From NCBI GenBank assembly GCA_965207065.1, contig OZ242260.1:64001-128000 (forward strand): 64,000 nt of DNA, written 5' to 3'. Shown piece by piece: positions 21,171-32,644 of this stretch. The first letter of the stretch is position 1. Each line of letters starts with the position of its first letter. Origin of the DNA: a bacterium (GTDB taxonomy: Bacteria > UBA8248). The position numbers were made by a program, and so were the translations under genes. The notes under the pieces were generated by a model. The model did no database searches. It was not told the origin of the DNA and saw only the letters and a list, made by a program, of their open reading frames with translations.

Positions 21171-21880
21171 TCCGATAATGAGGTCCTATTCCATGGTTCT
21201 TTTTCAGCAGGGCGGTAAGGGATGCCAGCTAGCCCCAGTGTGATGTTGCTAGGAGGGCGCATCTTCCCCATCATTTTCCGACACGGACCGACCGGGCTGC
21301 GCAGAAGTTGTAATTCGCCCGCTTCCGTTTTGATTACTTATTATAAAAAACTGATTTTCAACAAGACTTCGAATTATGTCTGTTTCCGAATGGTATCAAC
21401 GCGATAGCGGAATGTCACCGCCGTTAGAATTGCCCCAACGTCTGAAAACGGGCGAAAACATAAAAGCGCGGGGTGTAATGAAACGACGACTCTCGAACAA
21501 GAGCCTGAACCTTTTTGCCTTCTGCCTGCTCTGGTCATGGAACCGATTACGATGCTGAGTAAGCGGAATTACCTAATTCAGACCTGTTCATCCCCTCTCA
21601 GGCGGGGAGCACCGATCACCTCGACTTGATTGGGACCATGGAATGGGCTCACAAGTTTTTTCGTAGGCATCACATCGTCGAACTCGCCGGGAAATGGAAT
21701 TGGGAAGACGAATACTACTGCAGAGAATCACACTCGGCGTCTGGGACTTTCCTCTCCGTTGCCACGCGATAGTCTTGTTGGGAAATGAATTAACTGTATT
21801 TTGAAGCACAGGAACCGCATGAAAGACCCCCGATCGAACTCAAGGTTCGAAGCAGGTCGAACGCCTAAAAAACAATTTGG

Positions 21881-23062
21881 TCAAGGTGACCACGGAATGA
21901 AACGGATCAAGAGTGTCGTTATTTCAATGCCCGCATAAATCGTGAACAGATAGATGCTTACAATCAATCCGATGTTTTCCATCCGCCGCATATTCATGGG
22001 CCATGGTTTTTGCTCGTGGAACCGTTTCCATGTTTCTTTAGAAATACCCTTGCCCGCCAAGCGACGCTGACATTGATACATCCATCTACGACGACCGGCA
22101 ATAGTCGGCAAGAGGAGTGCTAAAAACAGTAATCCCAGCGCCCAAACCCCCGCCCTCTGGCCTATATCATTGCTTCCAGCCGGTTGGGACAACATTGATG
22201 CGATAGCTATACATAAGCCGGGTGCGATGGCCCATGATGCTATTTCCAGCGCTATATTCCAATTCTCGAGTCCAAAATCATTCGCTGGACGCTCGGGATC
22301 AAGTTGAATGAAATACCTGGTTCCGTTCAAGGGGAATTGATCCAGCGCAGCGAAATAGATCGTTTGCAGAAAGATTTGAAAAAGAACCAGAAATCCCAAA
22401 CCCAAAAGCAGGAATTCTTCCACCTCCAACATCGAATTAAGAGTAATTTGTGTCCACGGCGGGGGGATACGCGTAGAATCCGATGGCTGAATGGGTTTAT
22501 CAAAAAGCCACTTTACATCGAAGTCAGGATCTTGAAGTGCGAGTTCCATTTGCCTAGAGTAATCTACTTCCCCGAAATACATTAGATAGGTTTCATAATA
22601 ATCAACGGCAGCAAATATAAGTGCACATACAGCCGCCAATACAAGCAGCCAGCTGTTTCGGATTTTTTCTAGTTTCGATGTGAGCTCGCAGGCATCTACA
22701 TGGTTAATAACGCTACCGTCAAGATATGTTTTGACCACAGATGCAGAATCACTTGCTGATTGCCGCCATGCTTTCTGAAAGGGTTCCCAGGTCAACTTTA
22801 CGACGCCACCAACAATGATGATGAAAAGGGGAAATAAAACCCAATTCATCTTGTCGAAATATGATCGATACTCTGGCACCTTTTTCGATGCAATGAAAAC
22901 CAGGTGATTGTTGTCTGGCGGGCAAAGAGGGGTTTCACCAAATCCCATCCACCAAGCACAACCAAGGACAATCACAGAGTAGGCTAGAAAACACCATAGA
23001 AATATTATAAGTGGTCCCTGTTCCGGCCATATTTTCTTGAAAAGCAACCATAGATGCTTCAT
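21881..23062 (-). CDS. Multi-pass membrane protein, AT-rich, unknown function
   Basis: Long ORF with about seven hydrophobic segments. Confidence 0.75.
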   Translation of the reverse strand: MKHLWLLFKKIWPEQGPLIIFLWCFLAYSVIVLGCAWWMGFGETPLCPPDNNHLVFIASKKVPEYRSYFDKMNWVLFPLFIIIVGGVVKLTWEPFQKAWRQSASDSASVVKTYLDGSVINHVDACELTSKLEKIRNSWLLVLAAVCALIFAAVDYYETYLMYFGEVDYSRQMELALQDPDFDVKWLFDKPIQPSDSTRIPPPWTQITLNSMLEVEEFLLLGLGFLVLFQIFLQTIYFAALDQFPLNGTRYFIQLDPERPANDFGLENWNIALEIASWAIAPGLCIAIASMLSQPAGSNDIGQRAGVWALGLLFLALLLPTIAGRRRWMYQCQRRLAGKGISKETWKRFHEQKPWPMNMRRMENIGLIVSIYLFTIYAGIEITTLLIRFIPWSP

Positions 23063-23513
23063 GCGATTTTGCCTCGATTCAACCAATTGATGATGAAGTA
23101 TATCGCAATATCAGATGTGCAATAAAATTTTTTCTAAACAGTGAAAATGGATGGAGTGCCCACGAATTGACGATCAAAACCGATAATCTTTCGCGAAAGT
23201 AGAGCGAGAATTTCTGGTAGTGAACGCCTTGAGTACCCGGAAAACGCAGACCACGCTGACGGCAATACAATGCATGGCGACATTGCGGTCTGCCGGAACG
23301 GGGAAGCCGTTCTCTGAATCCGGATATGTTCAACCGAAATAGGCATGCGGGCTCGTCCCACGCGCGGGGCGCCACCCTGGTTCCTTTTTTCGCTCACACC
23401 GAAGGGTTCTGCGCCGTGATTCGATCTGCCCGGTTGGTATATGCTTTACGCAGGCGGATTTATTTGATAGAAATGCTCGGAGGACAGATCCTAAACTCCA
23501 TGGTATGGTATCA

Positions 23514-24131
23514 ATGTCGAAATCACGGACACAACGGGATCGGGCGAGCGAAATCCTGCGCAGGCGGGGAATCGTGCGCTTGTTCGAGTTCAGGGATGCC
23601 GGGATCACGGCGGCCACGATAAGCCGAATGGTCAAGGATGGCGAAGTCATAAAACTGTCACGCGGGCTATATCAGTTGCCCGATGCGCCCCTCGACGCCA
23701 ATCACAGCCTGGCCGAGGCGGCGAAGCGGGTTCCCAAGGGCGTCGTCTGTCTCGTCTCGGCGCTTGCATACCACGAGTTGACCGATCAGATTTCACGCGC
23801 GGTCTGGATGGCGATCGGCGCCAAGGACTGGGCGCCGAAGACGGGAAACCCGCCGGTACGGATCGTTCGGTTCACGGAACAGCTTCTCATGGACGATGTC
23901 GTCACCGTGCATATCGAGAACGTGCCTGTGAAAATCTTCGGCGTCGCGAAGACGATTGCCGACTGCTACCGGCATCGCCGGACGGTGGGACAGTCGGTTG
24001 CACTGGAGGGTCTTCAGGAAGCGCTTCGACAGGGAAAAGCCACCCCGGCCGCAATCACCCGGCATGCGGAGCGTGGCGGCGTGGCCACAGTGCTCCGACC
24101 CCATCTCGAGGCGCTCACCGCAAATGGCTAG
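23514..24131 (+). CDS. AbiEi-family type IV antitoxin
   Basis: N-terminal wHTH (LSRGLYQL), VVCLVSALAYHELT, AKTIADCYR. Confidence 0.88.
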   Translation: MSKSRTQRDRASEILRRRGIVRLFEFRDAGITAATISRMVKDGEVIKLSRGLYQLPDAPLDANHSLAEAAKRVPKGVVCLVSALAYHELTDQISRAVWMAIGAKDWAPKTGNPPVRIVRFTEQLLMDDVVTVHIENVPVKIFGVAKTIADCYRHRRTVGQSVALEGLQEALRQGKATPAAITRHAERGGVATVLRPHLEALTANG

Positions 24132-25005
24132 GGAGGTCAAAAACATCGCGGCCTCGGTTCGGACCCGTCTCCTCAGGATCAGCAAGGAGAAAGGCCTGAA
24201 CTTCGATCTGGTGCTGACGCACTATGCGATCGAGCGCTTGCTCTACCGCCTGGCGCAATCACGCTACGCCGAGCGTTTTGTTCTGAAAGGGGCGATGTTG
24301 CTGATGACGTGGTTCGACGAGCCGCTTCGCGGTACGCGTGACCTCGATCTCCTGGGTCACGGCAACCCCGCACCTTATACCGTACTCGGAGTCTTCAGAG
24401 AAGTTCTCGGTCAGGAACAGCCCGACGGCGTTCTCTTTGGCGCCAATGAGACGAGTATCGGCCGCATTCGACAAGAGAACGAGTACGGCGGTCTCCGCAT
24501 ACGGACGCCGGCCGAGGTCGGCGGCGCCCGCATCGTCGTCAACGTCGATGTCGGCTTCGGGGAAGCGACCGAACCTCCTGCCGAGTGGCTGGACTACCCC
24601 GTTCTGCTCGATATGCCGGCGCCGCGGTTGCTGGGTTACGCGAGAGAGACCGTGATTGCCGAGAAATTCCAGGCCATGGTGGCTCTGGGCCTGGCCAACA
24701 GCCGGATGAAGGACTACTACGACCTGTGGGTCATCAGCCGGACCTTTGACATTGATCGCTCGCGCCTCGCAGGGGCGATATCCGCGACTTTTGCCCGGCG
24801 GCGCACACCGATTCCGGATGCCGTTCCGGACGGGTTGTCACGCGCGTTCGCGGAAGACGTCGTCAAGCGACGACAATGGGAGGTCTTCAAGCGTGATTTA
24901 GGGGTCGACCCCGGTCCGCTCGACAGTGTTTTGGAGACGCTCGAAGCCTTCCTGATGCCAGCTGCTGTGGCCGCCCGTGAAACGGGTGGTCCGGATGGCG
25001 CTTGA
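24124..25005 (+). CDS. AbiEii-family nucleotidyltransferase toxin
   Basis: VLKGAMLL..RGTRDLDL, AEKFQAM, NSRMKDYYD. Confidence 0.9.
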   Translation: MAREVKNIAASVRTRLLRISKEKGLNFDLVLTHYAIERLLYRLAQSRYAERFVLKGAMLLMTWFDEPLRGTRDLDLLGHGNPAPYTVLGVFREVLGQEQPDGVLFGANETSIGRIRQENEYGGLRIRTPAEVGGARIVVNVDVGFGEATEPPAEWLDYPVLLDMPAPRLLGYARETVIAEKFQAMVALGLANSRMKDYYDLWVISRTFDIDRSRLAGAISATFARRRTPIPDAVPDGLSRAFAEDVVKRRQWEVFKRDLGVDPGPLDSVLETLEAFLMPAAVAARETGGPDGA

Positions 25006-25319
25006 ACGTGCAGACACGCCGACTCAAGTCTCTTGAATGTCCGTAGCGTGGCCGAAGGAGATGTCAGTTTCAGGCCACACAGTCATGATTGGCGGAAACA
25101 GCATCGGCCAATCGAATCCATGCGAAGCCCTGGTTCTCTTGCTCGGGCCGGATCACCTGTCTCGAAGCGGCCCCGATAGACGAGCATGACTTCTTCGAGC
25201 GTTGCTGCCTCGACGGCGCGGAGCCCCCATACTCATCGAGTTGGAAGTCGCGCTGACCGATCTTGCAGAGGATGTTCTCACCAGGTTCCGGATTCACCCC
25301 GAATTGAATTTACATTCTG

Positions 25320-26085
25320 CTAAATCCACAACAATCCGAATCCCTTGGAAGGCTCGCTCATGTTCCTGGCCTGCGATCCGGAATCAGGCTTCCGGGAGTT
25401 CACCCCCAGCCGGTCGACGTCACACTCGTCTCCGGAGAACGAATGCGAACCGGACATGGGGACGGACTTTTCACCGCCACCCAGCCAATCGATATCACCG
25501 CCATCCGGCAGAGTAGGCGCGCCGGCGCTAAACCCCATCGCACGTGCGATGACGTAGGCCGCCTGCGCGGCGGCGTCCCTGAGCGCCGCGTCGTCGAGAT
25601 GGGCGTAGACGGCGGTGGTCTCGCGCCTTCGGTGTCCGAGTAGGCGGCCTACGGTGGTGAGTCCCACCCCGTTCATTACGCCCTGAGACGCCCAGGTGTG
25701 GCGCAGGTCGTGGATCCTGAGGCCGGACAATCCCGCCTCCTCCCGGACTCCGCGCCAGAACGCATGGAGCTTGTCCGTAGTCAGCTCATCCGGAAACACC
25801 CGCACGGCGCCATCGGCCCTCGGTAAGCCCCCAAGCAGTTCCGCCGCCTCGGTTCCGAGCCACAGCGTCCGCGGGCCCGTCTTGGAATCCCCGAGACGCA
25901 CACTCGCGCCGTCATTGGATAATTCCCCGATCTGCTCCCATTCGAGGTTGAGCGCTTCTGACAACCGCGCCCCGGTGAGCGTGAGGAGACGTAAGGCAGC
26001 TACCGCCCAGGGATATTCTTCCCGATGATGGTCAAGCACGACGTTCAGGCGCATCAGTTCCACGGCACTGAGACACCGGGCGATA
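25320..26085 (-). pseudogene. Catalytic half of a tyrosine integrase, 5' part replaced by RIT sequence
   Basis: TGARLSE, HDLRH, LGH, TAVYAH; no N-terminal domains. Confidence 0.8.
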
Positions 26086-26089
26086 GGTC

Positions 26090-26285
26090 TGCGGGGGTTC
26101 TTGATGACGTTGGCGAGATGCTGCCTCCCGGCACCGGAGCGGGTCGGCACATGCTGGCTCTGGCCACCTATCTCGGCCACGTCCATGTCACCAGTACCTA
26201 CTGGTATCTGGAGGCGACCCCGGTTCTGCTGCGCGGCATTGCCGAGGCGGTGGAACAGGCTCACACCAATGGAGGCGCCCGATGA
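26090..26285 (+). pseudogene. RIT element RitB 3' fragment
   Basis: LATYLGHVHVTSTYWYLEATP; overlaps the start of the next recombinase. Confidence 0.75.
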
Positions 26286-27061
26286 CCGATCTTGCCCCCC
26301 ATCTCTCCGCCTTCCTGCGGGAGTACCTTCCCAACGTACGGCAATGCAGCCGCCACACCTTGCAGGGCTACACCGAGTGCTTCCGGCTGCTCGTGGCCTA
26401 CACGGCGCAACGGGTCCGGACCCGTCCCTGCAAGCTCAAGATCGAGCACTTCACGGTGGCGTTGCTGTCGGCCTTCCTCGAGTCCCTGGAGAAGGACCGC
26501 AACAACAGTGTGGGCACACGCAATGTCCGCCTTGCCGCCATCAAGTCGTTCTTCCGTTATCTGGAATACCGTGTGCCGAACTGCCTCGACCTCGCGTTGC
26601 AGGTACGCGCCATACCGCAAAAGACCGCCAACAAGCCGCTGATCGACTGGCTCGATCAGACCGAAATGCAAGCGATCCTGGATGCCCCGGATACTGGAAA
26701 GATGGCAGGTCTGCGAGACCGGGCGATGCTGCATCTGTGCTATGCCGCCGGGCTGCGGGTGTCGGAACTGACAACGCTCACGCTCGACAGCGTGTCCGGC
26801 CCCCGACTCGGGACCCTCCGCATCCTGGGCAAGGGACGACGCGAACGGGAACTGCCCATGTGGAAGGAAACGAGGGCCGTCCTCAATCAGTGGCTCGACG
26901 CCAGGCCGTCGGTCACCAACCGATACATGTTCCTCAATGCACGGGGACGGGCGATGAGCACGGACGGCTTCGCATACCTTCTCGACAAGCATGTCACCAC
27001 GGCCGCCAAGACCGTCGCGTCGATCAAGACCAAGAGAGTGACCCCGCATGTGCTGCACCAC
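26282..27061 (+). pseudogene. RIT element RitC recombinase, truncated at its HxxRH motif
   Basis: TRNVRLAAIKSFF, GLRVSEL, GKGRRER; similarity stops at TPHVLHH. Confidence 0.8.
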
Positions 27062-27185
27062 TATGTCGACTCCATGACTATGTCTTGTAATTCCGCTCGT
27101 TTCAGTCTTTATCGGCGAATGAGCGCGGCTGTGGCGATATAGTTCGGACTCCATCCATCAACTCGGAGAGAGGGAGGAGTCCACC

Positions 27186-28085
27186 ATGAGACATGTCATC
27201 AATCACCAAGTGGTACTGTCGCAGGCTCCGGAAGGTCCGCTTGCAACATGGCTCGGCAGGTTTGCGGACTCGGCGAGCAGACAGGGATACACCCGTTCAT
27301 CGGTCCGTCGACGGATTCTGCTGGCCGCCGGTTTCAGTCGATGGCTCGGGCGAGAAGGGATCGACCTGAGCAGCATCAACTCCGATCATCCAGGGCAGTA
27401 CCTGCGATACCGCACCCGCCGCGTACGGCTTCATCATGGTGACGCGGCTTCACTCAGGCATCTCATCGATTTTCTGCGTCTTGAGACGGTGATCCCCGCC
27501 GAGTCGATACCGCTCGGTCATGCGACCGAGGCCGAGCGTTGTGTGCTGGCCTACGAGCAATACCTGAGCGAGGCGCGTGGCCTGGCCACGGCAACAATAC
27601 TGAACTACGCGCCATTTGCGCGGGCCTTCCTTCAGTATCGCTTCGGCACGGGTCAAGTGACCTTATCGTGTCTGCGCGCCGGCGATGTCGTGGATTTCGT
27701 TCGACACGAGGCGCCGGGAATGAACAAGAAGCGCGCGAAGCTCATGACCACGGCGTTGCGCTCGTTTCTGCACTACGCGCGGTATCGTGACGAGGGAATG
27801 CCGGATTTGGCCGCCGCCGTTCCCGTCGTCGCCAACTGGTCGATGGATACCCTTCCGCGCGCGATCTCCGCCGATCAGGTTCACAGGCTATTGACCAGCA
27901 TCGATCGCACCACCTCCATGGGTCGTCGCGACTACGCCATTTTGCTGCTGTTCGCACGACTCGGACTCCGCTTGAGCGAAGTCGCCTGCCTCGAACTCGA
28001 TGACATTGACTGGCGCAACGCGACGCTGAACGTGCGCACCAAGGGAGGCATGCGCAACGATTTTACCTTGTCCCATGAGGGATAA
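27186..28085 (+). pseudogene. RIT element RitA recombinase, 3'-truncated
   Basis: RRDYAILLLFARLGLRLSEV; lacks HxxR and the catalytic Tyr. Confidence 0.8.
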
Positions 28086-28185
28086 GATGAGTTTCACCGC
28101 CCGTTTCTGCCCGTCCGTGAGCGGTCCCCTGCGCAGGTGCCGATCCACCATCCAGCCGCGCATCGCCGCCTTGCCACGGCCTGAC
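28080..28185 (-). pseudogene. Short relaxase/helicase (TrwC-like) fragment
   Basis: RGPLTDGQKRAVKLILS. Confidence 0.45.
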
Positions 28186-28641
28186 TACTACTATTGAACG
28201 AGATAGCCCAAGAAACGTGAGTTGGCTTCCTATCGCTCACGATGTAGCTATTTGCTTCACCGCTTTTCCTGATAAAGGATCCATACGTTATCTCAACTCT
28301 ACCCTGGAGTCGTTCATCAAAACAATCAATAGGGCTACCGTCGCGCAAAGCAGAATTATCGCTGGGCGTTCGGAAACTCTTGTACGTTCATTAACGCGGA
28401 AACGAACTTGAAAAGATTGACATGAGATTCAAAAGCGATATCATGAATATTTGGTTTTTCTGGTCGGTCCGGGAGTCGGATAACTTGGTATAATCGTTTC
28501 ACATATCTAGTCTGGAGAGTCCTTTCGGGTAAAGTCCAGGTTGCACGGCAACCTTTCGGCCAAAGACGCTTGAACATGAACACGGAACATTCCGAAGCCC
28601 GATTCAAGAATGTCTCCAACTTGCGTTGCCGGCTTCTGCGT

Positions 28642-28659
28642 GTTATATTTATATATAAC
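28642..28659. promoter_or_regulatory. Palindromic operator of the mazEF/pemIK-type operon
   Basis: GTTATATTTATATATAAC immediately upstream of the RBS. Confidence 0.65.
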
Positions 28660-28671
28660 TCGGAGGATTTC

Positions 28672-28929
28672 ATGCATACGACAAATCTGCGCAAAGTCGG
28701 TGGTTCCATCATGCTAGCCGTTCCCCCTGCCCTTCTTGACCTCCTGAAACTCGGGGTCGGCGCGAAGGTGGAAATAGACGTGGAGGACGGTCGCCTGATC
28801 GTCGAGCCCAAAGCACGTCCCGTCTATTCACTCGATGAGCTTCTCGCGCAATGCGTAGAGACCTCTACGCAGCCCGCCGAGGACCGCGCCTGGATTGAGG
28901 CCAGACCAGTTGGCAACGAGTTGTTGTAG
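28672..28929 (+). CDS. MazE/PemI antitoxin
   Basis: LRKVGGSIMLAVP AbrB fold; YSLDELLAQC. Confidence 0.9.
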   Translation: MHTTNLRKVGGSIMLAVPPALLDLLKLGVGAKVEIDVEDGRLIVEPKARPVYSLDELLAQCVETSTQPAEDRAWIEARPVGNELL

Positions 28930-29261
28930 TGAAGCGGGGTGAAATCTGGCTCGTCAGCCTCGACCCCACCGCAGGCCATGAACAACAGGGTACCCGTCCG
29001 GTACTGATCGTATCCCCAGACCCGTTCAATAGACTCACCGGGACGCCCGTGGTCTTGCCGATCACATCGGGCGGCGACTTTGCGCGCAGGGCAGGCTTCG
29101 CAGTTTCTCTCTCGGGCGCGGGTACCCGAACAACCGGTGTCGTCCGTTGCGACCAGCCGAGGTCCCTTGATCTCGCTGCCCGCAACGGGGCGCGTCTCGA
29201 AACCGTTCCTGAACTTATTATGGACGAAGTGCTTGCCCGACTCGCCACCATCCTCGAATAA
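28929..29261 (+). CDS. MazF/PemK toxin
   Basis: RGEIWLVSLDPTAGHEQQGTRPVLIVS. Confidence 0.93.
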   Translation: MKRGEIWLVSLDPTAGHEQQGTRPVLIVSPDPFNRLTGTPVVLPITSGGDFARRAGFAVSLSGAGTRTTGVVRCDQPRSLDLAARNGARLETVPELIMDEVLARLATILE

Positions 29262-29672
29262 AAAGTGATTGTTCGTCTTCAAGGCCGGACCGCACCCTTC
29301 AGTGATTTCCCGTTTCGGGTCCCAGTTCTTGTGAATAACGCTAATTTGGGGAACTATATACGAAAGTGCCGAAGGGGGAGGTCAATAGGTGGGGTAATAT
29401 TTAAAGGCAAGCTGAAATCTCATAACTGGGGAGGAGATATTGTGGGAACAATTCATGAAGGTGATGCAGGGTTTTAATTTGAAATCCTAGCCACCGCTAG
29501 AGAAACCCCATATAGCCCCCGGCTCCGCTCGGGGGTTATTCTTCGATTTAGAAGGGAGGATTCAAATGGGTGGGCAATTAAGTATTCAAGAAACCATTAC
29601 GATTGGTCTAATCATCGGTATTGTTAGTGGTGTGTATCGCCTTTTATCATTGCTCTAATTGAGAAATGTTGA

Positions 29673-30068
29673 ATGTCACTGAAGCGGAAGGAGCAGATAA
29701 TAAAATTAAGAGAATACTTGGTGGACCAATATCAAAACTTCAAGAACGCAAGGCCACTTCCTCCAATTCCTGAATCCGATCAACAAGAAGAAATTCCAGC
29801 AAGTGTACCGTTGGAAGCATTTGCCAATAGCCTGACTGTCACTTTGGATAATTCTTTAGAGTATGACGCATACGCTCTGAAAATTGAGGAGCGTGGACAA
29901 ATAAGATTCACTTTGCAACGCTTAGAATTTATGAGAAACAAATTAAACGAATTGGGTGCCCAGAAAACTCCCCCACGTTCTGCTCAACCAGAGTTTGAGT
30001 TCTATGAAAATTTCTTTTTCGAGCCACTACGAAGACTTGAGGGACTTGATTTTCCAGCCAAGAACTAA
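29673..30068 (+). CDS. Hypothetical protein, AT-rich
   Basis: 131-aa ORF, no recognised motif. Confidence 0.45.
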   Translation: MSLKRKEQIIKLREYLVDQYQNFKNARPLPPIPESDQQEEIPASVPLEAFANSLTVTLDNSLEYDAYALKIEERGQIRFTLQRLEFMRNKLNELGAQKTPPRSAQPEFEFYENFFFEPLRRLEGLDFPAKN

Positions 30069-30656
30069 CACTCCATCAAGTTAAGTTTTTATTGGGGAAT
30101 ACGGGAATCAGGCCCGGTCGGGCCGCGTTCAGAGCCCCAGGTCCATCTCGATCCGCTTCCCGCGGCCGGGTTCGGGAGTCTTCGCGCGCGGCGTTTCCCG
30201 TCCGGTTTTCATGCCCGGGGATGAGGAATCTGCCAGCTCCCGCTCCGTAGTTTCGCGCTCGTGTCTTCCCCCGGAACCGGATACCGGGGGGGCAGGAACG
30301 CCGGATGCGCCGTCGCCTCCCGGCGAAAACAGCTTCATTTGCTTTCTTGGTGGGGTTTACGGGTGAATCCATCGTCAGGCTTCCCCGCTTCATCCCCACG
30401 AAGGCGGGAACATGAATCAGTAATTGCCTGATTTCAAATTCATCGATTCAAAAGGTTCGGCATCGAAACCATGGATCAAATGGTGCGATGATATGCTCCC
30501 TTGAAATGAGGGATGCGAAAATCCGCCAGGAGGTTTTTGGTGCTCTTGCGACAGGCAGGCGAGGACAAGAAAAGGCATACGTGGCACCGAAGAACGGTAG
30601 CCAGAGCGGAAAACTCCTGCATCTACACCGACCGCATAGCTTGATAGATGTCCACA

Positions 30657-30720
30657 TAAGAAAGGGACCGCCCTCTCTCAATTTCAGTGGATCCTGGGAG
30701 AGAGGGACAGTCCCTTTTTC
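30657..30720 (-). terminator. Long GC stem, terminator-like
   Basis: AAAGGGACTGTCCCTCTCTC...GAGAGAGGGCGGTCCCTTTCTT on the minus strand. Confidence 0.6.
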
Positions 30721-30761
30721 TCATATACCAAGTACATCCGAGTCGAGTAGAAAGAAGAACA

Positions 30762-30864
30762 GGGGCTACCCGTTGTTCCCGCTCCCGGCTCGAGGACTCA
30801 AACTCATAGCAAGGAGCGGTACTGTTTGCTTCATCACGAGGGAAACAACCAACGGGCAACCCCC
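30762..30864 (-). ncRNA. Putative three-way-junction structured RNA, copy 1
   Basis: Covarying stems relative to the copies at 47991, 52755 and 61375. Confidence 0.7.
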
Positions 30865-31000
30865 TTTTTCGCTCTCCTTTTATCGCCTCAGGCCTCGGGG
30901 CTTAACCCCGGGGGCCTGAGGCGTCTTTCTTCCTGCTTGTTTACGCCGAACGCGCTGAACGAACACACCGGGGCGTTCCCAAGAGGAAACACCGCCTTGC

Positions 31001-32644
31001 TTATTTCTTGCGCGCACCAAACGCGCCGGCAGCAATTCCGTTCGTGAAATTGGCGTTAAATTCGCCAACTAGGACGGGAGGTGCGTCCGCCTCTGCACGG
31101 TTGGCAGCACTGTGGAACTGTCCACTGATGGAACCGGCTGCGCCGCCGCCGGCCGCCGTTCCGTTTTCCAAAGCGAATCCACTAGTAATGCCGGCCGCTA
31201 CGTTCACGTTCCACTTGTTAGCCGGACCGCCATCGAGATCAAAGTTCGATATCGTCCCTTGTATCGTATTCGCATTTCTCAGGGTTGATTCATCGAAATA
31301 AGCCTTAAGACTCACATCCGCCGTGAATCTTCCGGAGGTCGCCGTGTCCAGGGTACCATCTTCTTTCTTGGCTTCGTGAACATAGACGCCAGCAGCTTCA
31401 CCCTCATATTCGGCCATGCCCGTGACGGCATCAAGGCTGGTCGCATTTGGAAGGCTGGACGTCGCGAAGGTCTGGACCGTTTCGTACTCGGTGACATTGC
31501 CGCCCTGCGTCTTTGTGTCGAGCCAGAAACCATAGGTCATATAGTCGCCATCCGGCTTTGATACCGTGGCGCCAGCAGCCGGGGTGAATTCCCATTCGCT
31601 TGCGTTCAGTTCATTGAACTTGCCCATGGTATTGGTTGAAACGGTACAACCACCGGACGCTACACACCTGAAAGTACCGGACGCGCCATCAAGCATTCCC
31701 GAGAATTGCGACGCCCTGCCTGTGGCGGTATCGGCGTCATATTGAACATAAGTCTGGGTTTGGTTTGCCTGGTTAGGGAATTTCGAGGAAGCAATTTTCC
31801 CGTTATCGGCCTCTAAGACCGCATAGGTGTCCATTGCGGTCGTGTCAGTATCCCTGTCGACGGTGAGATCATATTCACTGCTGAATGCAACCTGATCGGG
31901 AACTTCGATGTCCGAGTGCAGAACGATGATTTTCCTGTCCGATCCTATGTTCCGAACGAGCATCTGTCCGTTACCGAAGGAAGCCACCCTTTCGTACATC
32001 GGGTCGTTATCGGCAGGAAGCGCTCCATCCGCGACTTCGACCTCGACAGCACTTCCCGTGTGCTTGACTGTCACGACATAATTTTCAGTCGCAGTAGGAG
32101 CATCTAAATCCGTTGGAGCTGTGGTCAAATCAAATGGTCGGGCGGCCGTGGTGGCCGAATCTCCCTCCGTGTTGATGGCCGTTTTTTTCGTGAGGGCGAC
32201 TTTGTTCGCGGCCGCCTTGGTCGCCGCGGCGGCGGCGGACGCATCAGCGGTGCTCTTCGCGGTCGTCACCATGCCGACATATTTCATTACGTCGGCGAGT
32301 GCGGCTTCCGCGTCCGCCTGGGCGTCTTCCGCATGCGCCGTGTTGTCGGCCGCCTGGGCCGTGGCATTCGCGGCCATGGCGTCCGCTACCCTGAGTTCCG
32401 CTTTCGCGTAGGATGCCTCATCGTACATTTTATTCGCTTCGACAGCGGCCAAGGCCGCCTGCGCGTCCTCATAAGCCTGCATGGCCGCGCTCTTCGCATC
32501 TTGGAGCGACGTGTCCGGCGTCGTTCCCGGATCCGTCGTGTCGGCAGTCCCGCCGCCGCCGCCGCAGCCTGCCAGCGCGATGGCGAACACCGCCGCCAGG
32601 GCAAAAGCGTAAAACTTGCTTATCGATTTCTCTCTGAACATCAT
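31001..32644 (-). CDS. TbpB-like surface lipoprotein, cassette A (type 1 N-terminus)
   Basis: Lipobox LAG-C, poly-Gly, Ala-rich stalk, DYMTYGFWL, beta-rich C-terminus ending GAFGARKK. Confidence 0.85.
   Translation of the reverse strand: MMFREKSISKFYAFALAAVFAIALAGCGGGGGTADTTDPGTTPDTSLQDAKSAAMQAYEDAQAALAAVEANKMYDEASYAKAELRVADAMAANATAQAADNTAHAEDAQADAEAALADVMKYVGMVTTAKSTADASAAAAATKAAANKVALTKKTAINTEGDSATTAARPFDLTTAPTDLDAPTATENYVVTVKHTGSAVEVEVADGALPADNDPMYERVASFGNGQMLVRNIGSDRKIIVLHSDIEVPDQVAFSSEYDLTVDRDTDTTAMDTYAVLEADNGKIASSKFPNQANQTQTYVQYDADTATGRASQFSGMLDGASGTFRCVASGGCTVSTNTMGKFNELNASEWEFTPAAGATVSKPDGDYMTYGFWLDTKTQGGNVTEYETVQTFATSSLPNATSLDAVTGMAEYEGEAAGVYVHEAKKEDGTLDTATSGRFTADVSLKAYFDESTLRNANTIQGTISNFDLDGGPANKWNVNVAAGITSGFALENGTAAGGGAAGSISGQFHSAANRAEADAPPVLVGEFNANFTNGIAAGAFGARKK

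Larger units (their letters stand above)
30290..30930 (-). repeat. Conserved non-coding 3' block of cassette A (matches 47930-48585; first part matches 61318-61582)
   Basis: Direct sequence comparison; contains a hairpin, the structured RNA and a terminator-like stem. Confidence 0.9.

Noticed and set aside
30076-30399. ORF MGMKRGSL..., also at 48454
   Set aside because: Shared only as part of the repeat block; the frames diverge and there is no protein-like signal
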